NCBI RefSeq assembly: GCF_009914755.1
Contig: NC_060927.1
From: the human T2T-CHM13v2.0 reference genome, Homo sapiens
DNA length: 64,000 nt
Strand: one strand, 5' to 3'
Each line of letters starts with the position of its first letter. Within the stretch, counting starts at the first letter, position 1. The position numbers were made by a program, and so were the translations under genes. Shown piece after piece: positions 52,585 through 64,000 of the stretch. The notes beneath the pieces are model-generated. The model made no database searches and was not told the origin of the DNA. It was given only the letters and a program-made list of their open reading frames with translations.

Positions 52585-54750
52585 TGATATGGTTTGGCTC
52601 TGTGTCCTCTCCCAAATCGCATGTTGAATTGTACTCCCATAATTCCCACATGTTGTGGGAGGGACCTGGTGGGAGATAATTTGAATAATGGGGGAAGTTT
52701 CCCCCAAACTGTTCTCATGGTAGAGAATAAGTCTCACGAGATCTGATGGTTTTATCAGGGGTTTCCACTTTTGCATATTCCTCATTTTCTCTTACTGCCA
52801 CCATGTAAGAAGTGCCTTTTGCCTCCTGCCATGATTCTGAGGCCTCCCTAGCCATGTGGAACTGTAAGTCGAATTAAACCTCTTTTTCTTCCCAGTCTTG
52901 GGTATGTCTTTATCAGCAGCATGAAAATGGACTAATACAGTAAATTGGTACCAGTAGAGTGGGGCGTTGCTGAAAAGATACCTGAAACTGTGGACGTGAC
53001 TTTGGAACTGGGTAACAGGCAGAGGTTGGAACAGTTTGGAGGGCTCAGAAGAAAACAGGAAAATGTGGGAAAATTTGGAACTTCCTAGAGACTTGTTGAA
53101 TAGCTTTGACCAAAACCCTGATAGGGATATAGACAATAAGGTCCAGGCTGAGGTGGTCTCAGATGGAGATGAGAAACTTGTTGCAAACTACAGCAAAGGT
53201 GACGCTTGTTATGTTTTAGCAAAGAGACTGGTAGCATTTTGCCCCTGCCCTAGGGATTTCTGGAACTTTGAACTTGAGAGAGATTATTAAGGGTATCTGG
53301 CAAATAAATTTCTAAGCAGCAAAGCATTCAAGAGGTGACTTGGGTGCTGTTAAGGACATTCAGTTTTATAAGGGAAGCAGAGCATAAAAGTTTGGAAAAT
53401 TTGCAGCCAACAATGTGAAAGAAAAGAAAAACCCATTTTCTGAGGAGAAATTCAAGCCGGATGCAGAAATTTACATAAGTAACAAGGAGTCAAATGTTAA
53501 TCCCCAAGACAATGGGGAAAATGTGTCCAGGGAATTTCAGAGGTCTTCATGGCAGCCCCTCCCATCACAGGCCCAGAGATCTAGGAAGAAAAAATGGTTT
53601 CATGGGCAAGGCCCAGGGCCCCCACGCTGTGTGCAGTCTAGGGACTTGGTTCCCTGTGTCCCAGACACTCCCACAATGACTGAAAGGGGCCAAAGTACAG
53701 CTCGGGCCATGACTTCAGAAGGTGTAAACCCCAAGCCTTTACAACTTCCATGTGGTGTTGATCCTGTGGGTGCACAAAAGTCAAGAATTGAGGTTTGGGA
53801 ACCTCTGCCTAGATTTCAGAGGCTGTATGGAAATGCCTGGATGTCCAGACAGAAGTTTGCTGCAGGGGTAGGGCTTTCATGGAGAACCTCTCCTAAGGCA
53901 GTGCAGAAGGGAAACGTGGGGTCAGAGCCTCCACACAGAGTCCCTACTGGGGCACCAGCCTGTGAAAGCAGCCAGGAGGGAGGCTGTACCTTGAAAAGTC
54001 ACAGGGGTGGAGCTGCCCAAGACCATGGGAACCCTTGCATCAGTGTGACTCGGATGCGAGACATGGAGTCAATGGAGATCATTTCGGAGCTTTAATATTT
54101 GACTGCCCTCCTGGATTTCAGACTTGCGTGGGACCTGTAGCCCCTGGATTTGGCCAATTTCTCCCATTTGGAACAGCTGTATTTACCCAATGCCTGTATC
54201 TAGGAAGTAACCAACTTGCTTTTGATTTTACAGGCTCATAAGCAGAAGGCACTTGCCTTGTCTTAGATAAGATTTTGGACTGTGGATTTTTGTGTTAATG
54301 CTGAAATGAGTTAAAACTTTGGGGGACTGCTGAGAAGGCATGGTTGGTTTTGAAATGTGAGGACATGAGATTTGGATGGGCCAGGGATGTAATGTTATGG
54401 TTTGGCTCAGTGTCCCCACCAAAATCTCATCTTGAATTGTACTCCCACAATGCCCAAATGTTATGGGAGGGACGCAGTGGGAGATAATTTGAATTATGAG
54501 GGTGGTTTCTCCCATACTGTTCTCATGGTAGTGAATAAGTCTCATGAGATCTGATGGTTTTATCAGGGGTTTCTGCTTTTGCATGGGGTTCCTCATTTTC
54601 TCTTCCTGCCACCATGTAAGGAGTGCCTTTTGCCTCCCGCCATGATTCTGAGGCCTCCCCAGCCATGTGGAACTGTAAGTCAAATTAAACCTCTTTTTCT
54701 TCCCAGTCTTGGGTATATCTTTATCAGCAGCATGAAAATGGACTAATACA
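52585..54750 (+). mobile_element. Two-LTR THE1A-like MaLR element: 5' LTR 52585-52939, internal 52940-54392, 3' LTR 54393-54750
   Basis: Two similar LTRs with TG..CA ends; THE1-int start gtaaattggtaccagtagagtggggcg; perfect TSD TTGGT (52580-52584 / 54751-54755). Confidence 0.95.
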
Positions 54751-55241
54751 TTGGTACCCTCCAGAATCCATTTCAAATTCCCTCTTCCTGGCAGCCTCTA
54801 GTTTCTGTCTGTGTATCCTCCAGTTCAACAGAAGCTCTAGGGGTAGAGCATGCATCCAAAACAGACAGAATATCAAGACTTCTGTTGGATGTTGGTGGCA
54901 GTGATAGATGTAGGAGAAGCATAGTGCGAAGAGAGCCCCTAGCACCTATTTGGAGATGACAGGGAGAAAGCCTGTGGAAAATGGGAGCCTAGAAGTCAAA
55001 TCTGAGAAATCAAAATAGAGAAATTGTTTGTTCACATTATTTTTGAACCAAACCTCATCTGATTTTTTCCCATCACATTAGCTATAAATTCCTTTCCTTG
55101 ATGAAACTACTGTGGTTTGGGTGTTCTATTACTGATAATCGTAAACATCCTAATTGTTAAAATCTTCTACTTGAATCCAAAGAACAATAACTGATTTGCT
55201 ATCTGAAAAATGAACCTTTGCTGTCACTATAGGCTGATTAA

Positions 55242-56743
<1,502 letters not shown>

Positions 56744-56889
56744 AACAGAGTAAGTAGATGAGCGCTTTCACTTAAAAAAATGGGCATTTGTAAATGTATG
56801 AGACAGGAAATCCTAAGCACATACGCTGTTCACACACAAAGAAACATGCCTGGTTGTGTGCACCATGACATATACAATGTACTTTTTAC

Positions 56890-57056
56890 CTCGAGTTGTT
56901 TTTTCTTTGCTGCTACATGCAAAAGCCGTAGTAGATGGTACTGTTCTGGCTGTTCCAGCTGAGACATCAAGGCCAGGAGTTCTGTCAGGTGTCTATTAAT
57001 TGGCTGAGGCTGCTTTTCATACACAGCAGGTAACACTCTCAACAACATGGTGTTAC
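56890..57056 (-). CDS. VEPH1: VEPH1 internal coding exon, 167 nt (phase 1 in, phase 0 out): (G)NTMLLRVLPAVYEKQPQPINRHLTELLALMSQLEQPEQYHLLRLLHVAAKKKQLE
   Basis: Acceptor ..CCCTCAACAG| (AG = plus ct 57057-57058); donor GAG|GTAAAA (GT = plus ac 56888-56889); ORF 56830..57048 carries the peptide. Confidence 0.95.
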
Positions 57057-59137
57057 CTGTTGAGGGAACAATAAAGGGAATGATGACTTTATCAGGCCAT
57101 GAGCAACAGAAATAACATTATTACCAATGTAATAATATTTGCACTTACACATTAAATAGCACAGACTGATGGCCAATTCTTTTGCTAAAAATAACATGGT
57201 ACCTTATTCTGAGATTAAAATGTGATTTAATCCGATTCCACAAAAGGAAATATTTTATGATATAATCAGCACCATTAACTAATGAAAAATTTTGCTAAGT
57301 AATGCACCATGGGGATAGAGGAACTTTGACAGTAATCAGACCACACCCTTGAGAAGGAAACAGTTCCAATAAAGAATTCCTGATGATAAACAAAATTTAA
57401 ACGATGTTTAAATGAAAACTAAGCAGTGCTGTAATCATGGACCTAAATGAAACTGAACAACAAAAAAAGTGCAAAGGAATGAATTCACATTCCTGGAAGA
57501 CACAGAATCATAATTTAGACAACTCACATACAGAAACTATGCCTTATTTTATGAATAGTTTAAGAAGTAGTAATGCAAATTTAAATCCCCAATTTCTGCA
57601 CTATTTCAAGGGAAGTTTAGCCTCAGCTGATTTGTCACACATAATTTCCTCAAAGATATGTATAGACAACTAGATTTATAATGGCAAAACCTCAAGAAAA
57701 CTATTACATAACGTATAGAAACTTATCTGCAATCAACATATGGGCAACATCTGCTTATCACTCTATGGTATAGATTTTTTTTCTCAAAATCCTCACAAGT
57801 ACTTAAATGTCTCAGGGGAATTGGTTTCTAGGGATTTTTTGAACAAGAATTTTTTTGACTCTACTTTTACTTTAAATTTGGCTTTGTATATAGAAGCCAT
57901 ACACAGAAAGAATCAAATAAGAAGGAATTACACATATATGGACCTTCATTAAATGGTAGGAACATGCCTATATATAAAAGACAATTTAGATATGATCATT
58001 AAAGAAAGAAGGCCAGAATTTTCAGAATATCAATATCTAAATTTAACGAAAGCGTGATTCTGGATAAAACTGAATGAATTGAATGAATTTGGGAGATAAT
58101 AAAAAATGAGAATTGTTTTTTCCACATGTAGTTCATAGAATAAGTCTAAAACAGGTTTTATCATGTTCCCCAGAATACAAGTTGTTGGAAATATTTAGAG
58201 TTTTCTTTTAAAAGGTTGTGTTCGTCAGTATTTATTTTCAATAGTTTAATTTTCAACAATTTGTTTTGTTTTCTGTTTATTTTACTATGAGCGTCTCCTT
58301 AAAAGATCAGGAATTTTTTAATGCAATACCCAATTTGTAAAGCCCAAGTTAGATTATAGAACTTAGTTATGAGGACATACTGATCAACTGCTAAAAATGG
58401 TCACATTAAAAGGGACTGTAGTTGCAGTCTAAGACAGGAAACTGTTGCATGGCATTTCGGTACAAAACTCACTACAGAGGCCCTGGGAGCCTTGAAGGGA
58501 AAAACCCCAGATTAGTCATTTTTCAGCTGACTTGAATTTCAATCAAATAATACAAAAAACAAATGCAGAACTTTTGCAGAAATCTTATAAATTCCATTAG
58601 TCAATAATACCTTCTTTTAAATTATGAAATAGTTCAAGTCATCAAACAAATGTAGGCAATAATATAAGGAACATTGGTGTGCCTACCAACCAGATTTGTC
58701 AAAACTTAACCTTATATGATAATTGCTTTTCATCCCATTTGTTTCCTTTTCTCCCCAGAGGCAACCATCATCCTAAAGGGAGTATTTATGATCTCCATAA
58801 GTATTTTTACACTTTAATTACATGCGTATGTATCAATAAACATTATATAGTATTGTTTTGGATGCTTTAAAATTTTATGTGAATACCATCATACTCTACA
58901 CATCCCTTCGCAACATATTTTTTTCCTATTCAACATTTTGTAGGAGTTATATCTCCAAGAAGCTCTCCTTCATTTACTCTCACAGCCATGTGTTATTCCA
59001 GTGTATAAATATGCAACAACTTATTCATATACTCTCTGTGATTGAAAGACATTATGTTGTCATTATTATTCATTGCCTTAATCAATAATGCTGAAATAAC
59101 TGTCTCTTTGTGCAAAAATGAGAGATATTTCTTAGGG

Positions 59138-59300
59138 TAGTGCTTCTGAGTCTAATGTGCTTAGAAGTCACCTGGGCATATCTTTAAAACACAGATGTTG
59201 ATTCAACAGGTTGGAGGTAGGGTTTGAGCGTCTGAATTTCTAACAAGCTCTCAGGTGACACTGATGGTCCATTGACCAAATAGTTAGTTAAGTGGCAAAG
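59138..59300 (-). mobile_element. MER5A-like MITE
   Basis: tcacctggg..ctgaatttctaacaagctctcaggtga..ctgatggtcc. Confidence 0.65.
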
Positions 59301-59361
59301 CACTGAGTATGTCCCTAGGAGTTGACTTTGTAGATGTTCCAAAATTTCTTTGTGAAGCAGT

Positions 59362-60230
59362 TGTATTCATTTTCTATAGCTGTTATTAGAAATTATCTCA
59401 AAATTAGTGGCCTAAAATAACACAAATTTATTATCTTATATTTCTGTAGTTCAGAAGTCTGACATAAGTCTCCCTAAGTTAAAATCAATGTGTGCCCAGG
59501 GCTGGGTTCCTTCCTGGATGCTCTAGGAGAGAATTTGTTTCCTTGGCTTAACCAGTGATATGCTTTGGCTCCGTGTCCCCACCTAAATCTCATCTTGAAT
59601 TGTAATCCTCACGTGTCAAGGGAGGGACCTGGTGGGAGGAGGTTGGATCATAAGGGTAGTTTTATCCATGCTGTTTTCATGATAGTGAGGGAGTTCTCAT
59701 GAGATCTGATGGTTTAAAAGTGGCAGTTTCCGCTGTACTCTCCCTCACTCCTGCTGCCATGTAAGACGTGCCTTGTTTCCCCTTTGCTTTCCGCCAGGAT
59801 TGTAAGTTTCCTGAGGCCTCCTCAGCCACGTGGAACTGAGTCAATTAAACCTCTTTTCTCCATAAATTACCCAGTCTCAGGTAGTATCTTTATAGCAGTG
59901 TGAAAACAGACAGATACATCCAGCTTTTAGAGGCTGCCTGAATTTCTTGGTTTGTGGCCCCTTTCTCCATCTTCACAGCCAGCAACATGGCATCTCTCTG
60001 ATCCCTGTTCCTTCATCTCATCTCTCCCCTTGATTCTCTCTTCTGCTTCCCTTTTCCACTTTTAAGGACCCTTGTGATTGTATTGGGTTTAACTGAATAA
60101 TCTAGGATTATCTCCCTATCTTATTTAGCAACCTTAATTCTATCTGAAATGCATATTACATAACATGTTCACAGGTTCCGGGGATTAGAACATGGACATC
60201 TTTGGGGGACCAGTATTCTGCCTACCACCA
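59362..60230 (-). mobile_element. MLT1D-like LTR interrupted by THE1D
   Basis: tgtatt..aacacaaatttattatctta..tttaaggacccttgtgatt..ggacatctttggggg..attctgcctaccac. Confidence 0.8.
59556..59918 (+). mobile_element. THE1D-like solo LTR
   Basis: TGATATG..ATACA; TSD ACCAG/TCCAG (4 of 5 match). Confidence 0.85.
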
Positions 60231-60425
60231 AGATTATGACAATCTACTCCCACCAGCAGCATGAGTGTTTCTGTTGGTCCACATTCTTGCCAACATTTGG
60301 TTGTGACAGACATCAGTGTTTGCTAATCTGATGGGATGTATCTAATATTTTTGCTTTAATTTTCATTTCCCAATTACTTGTTATATATTATATATAACAA
60401 ATTATATATATACATATATATATAA

Positions 60426-60715
<290 letters not shown>

Positions 60716-62874
60716 CTTTTCATATATTTATAGGTGATTTCCTCACTTGTGATTTGGCCATTCACATTCTTTGCCTATATGCTATTAGGATGTTGCCATT
60801 TTTTCTTATTAATTTTTAGAAGTTCCTTAATTATTCTGAGCTACTGAATGAATTTTTGATTTATTGATTTAAAATTATATTCTTAATATAGTCAACTGTT
60901 TTCATTTTTTTACTTCATGGTTTAGGTTTTTTTGTTAGAAATTTTTCTGTATTCCAGGGTCATAAAAATATTCTCCTATATTTTCTCTTAAAGGCATTAT
61001 GGTTTTGCTTTCTTGTAGTTGTCTTCAATCTGTCTGGAAATGACTTTGGTACATAGGAGGAAGAAGTTTAATTATATGTTTTTCTTTGTATACAAATAAT
61101 TTTTTCTATTGAGTAGTCAATTGTTACTCTTCTGATTTGCCACACCTCTTTCATATATTAGGTTTTCCATATGTGTTTGGGTCTGTTTCTGGGCATTTAT
61201 CCATCTCTTCATCAAGTCTACATTTTCTTAATTACAATAATTTTATAATAAATCATTATATCCCATAGGACCTACTTCCTGACCTCCTACTTCTTCAAGC
61301 TCTTCTTGGCTACTCTATACAAATTTTAGTATCAGTCTGTCAACATCCTTGAAAAACCAGACTGGGACTTCTTTTTCATATTGAACATATTGACTAATTT
61401 GGCATAACTGACATCTTCGTAAAACTGAGTCTTCTCATTTAAGGAGATAATTTATCTTTCTGTCTATGTAGATCTTTTTATGTTTTTAAATAAGGTGTTA
61501 TAATTAGCTTTGTCTTATGTTAAATTGTTGCTTAGGTATCCCATAGCTATTTTTGCTACTGTAAATGAAAACTTTATTTGCAAAGGCATTTTCAATTTAT
61601 CTGCTGGTATTAATAAAGCAATAGATTTTTGTATGTTGATCTTATATCCAACAAAAGTTGCTCAGTTCTTATTAATATGTCTTTTGAGTCTCTTAGATTT
61701 TTCTTTATGTAGATGATCCACTCATGATAAATAATAACAACTTCATTTCTTTCCATCCTAATCCTTATGTTTCTTCTCCTTATGTCCTTATGTCCTACTT
61801 TATGGGCAGGGACTTCCAATACACACTTTGATGAATAGAGTCACTGTCCACGGGTATCCTTGTGTTAATCCTGCTTTTCAAAAGTATGTTTCCAAGGATT
61901 TACAATTACATATGTATCTGTTTCTATAGGTTTTGGTATTTATGTTTTTTTCAGTTTAAGTAAGTTCCTGTCTGCTTTCTAGTTTGATTATTTTGAGTGC
62001 TGAATTTTATCAAACATTCTTCTCATCTATTGATATGATGATTCTTCTCCTTTAAACTGTTAATGTAATAAGTTAACAGCTATTCTAACATTTAATCAAT
62101 CTTGCAGTCTTGGAATAAACTCAACTTGCTTATGATATATTTTTATGCACATTGCTGTGCATAATGTGTATTTTTATGCATATTGCTGTGTTTGGCTAAT
62201 ACTTTATTTAGAGCTGTTGCATCAACATTCTTAATGAGAGAGATTGCAGTTTTCCTTTCTTGTATTGTCCTTTTCTCTTTTTGGTATCATACTTAGTAGA
62301 CATGTAAAATGAATTTAGCACATTCCTGAACACTCTATTCTCAGAAGCAGTTTGTACAAAACGGGGATTATGTGTTCCTTGAATGTTTGGTAGAACTTGT
62401 CCATCAAACCATCTGGGCAGTACTCTATATACTTCATTATATCAAGCTTTAAGTTATGTAGTTTAAGTTTCTGTATCCTTTGGCAGGCTTTTTTTTCGCA
62501 TTTGAATGATCAGTTATGATATATGTGAACTTATCAGCTTTGTTAAAATCTCCCTCCATGATTATGGATTTGCCCATTTCTCCTTATAATTCTGTCAACC
62601 TTTGGTTTATATTTTTTGAAACTATATTACTAGATAATTCAGAGATATCTTCCTGTTAAAGTATTTCTTTGTATCATAATTTAACTATCCTCTTTTGCCT
62701 AAGTCTATTTTTTACTGATATTACTACTGCTATGCTAGCTTTTTTGAATAATACTTGCTTGGTGTGTTCTCTTCCTCCCCTCCAATTTAAAGCTTTTAAC
62801 TTTTAACATTTCTACTTTATGTTTTATGCATAGCTTTTGTAAGTGATGTATAGCTGGATTTTTAAAATATTTCT

Positions 62875-63172
<298 letters not shown>

Positions 63173-64000
63173 TAAAATATTTCTATATGACAAATAGAAA
63201 TATTTGTCTCTTAACTGGAAAATGTGTTTCATTAATATTTATGGTAATTATTGGTATATTTTGATTTAATTTTAGCAAATAATATTGTACTTTTAACTTA
63301 TCCTTCTCTGTGCTTTTCTTTCCTCCTTCATTAATTTTTTTTTCATAGATCAAGTCTTTCTTTAAAAATTCCCCCTGCACCTTCTATTCGGATGCCTATG
63401 TCCATTTGGTAGTTGTCCTTAAACTTATAACAAATATTTTTGAGCAAAGCAAAATTAATTAATTTCTTTTTCGTCCTCCTGAACAATGAAATGATTTTAG
63501 AATCCTATTACTGAACATAAAAGCAGCACATTTTAGATTATTTCCTTATATCTGTCTTCCAGTTCATTAATATTCTTTTCAGCTTTGCCTAATTTGCCAC
63601 TTAATCCATGCCTTGAGCTTTTAAAATTTTCAATTAACTTTTTTTTTTAATTCTAGAAGTTTTATTTGGTTCTTTAAAAAAAATCACCTAGCCTTTTTCT
63701 TTTTGACAATGTCTTATTCTTTTCTCATATTTCCAATTCCTTCTTTTAGAGCTTCAGTAGTTTTAAACATATTTATTTTCTAGTTTTTTGGCTGATATTT
63801 CAACTAAATGCAGTTCTTGGGGAGAGGTGTCTAATCCTTTTTGGTTTCTGCTGATTCTCATTTATAGTGGTTTGCTTCCTCATATGTTCAAATATCATTG
63901 TGAATTCTTTTTTGTTTTCACAGTGGCAGATAGTATATATTTGAATTCTAAACATATCTGAGGGCAGGCCCAATTTCACAAACTCAAAGGGACCTTGTAG

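Noticed and set aside
53415-54095. Longest ORF in the window (226 aa)
   Set aside because: Lies wholly within the THE1 internal sequence, starts at a non-ATG codon and spans a deletion; a MaLR remnant, not a host gene

Overview
Primate (human-like) genomic DNA. It is CpG-poor, repeat-rich and lies entirely inside the minus-strand gene VEPH1 (ventricular zone-expressed PH domain protein 1, the Drosophila Melted homologue). Three consecutive internal coding exons are present (57056-56890, 42658-42449, 9956-9736). They have canonical AG/GT ends and compatible phases, and splice into one continuous frame (..GNTMLLRVLPAVYEKQ..QLE|VVQKCIPFL..GHVDE|[16 protein letters not shown]..). The rest is intron filled with transposable elements: Alu, L1, L2, MIR, MaLR/ERVL/ERV1 LTRs including a two-LTR THE1A element and an ERVL pol remnant, hAT and Tigger DNA transposons, and microsatellites. 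Nearly all other ORFs in the track are chance or repeat-derived. I found no novel protein-coding system, RNA gene or CRISPR array. The best leads are regulatory or mechanistic: a predicted antisense exon overlapping a VEPH1 exon; an in-frame 210-nt exon bracketed by inverted L1/Alu pairs; a 29-bp palindrome and a triplicated block just past that exon's donor; AG|GT-starting exons; and nested insertions whose target-site duplications (TSDs) record insertion order. Repeat subfamily names are by-eye matches to remembered consensus sequences and need RepeatMasker/Dfam confirmation. Boundaries of old repeats are approximate.
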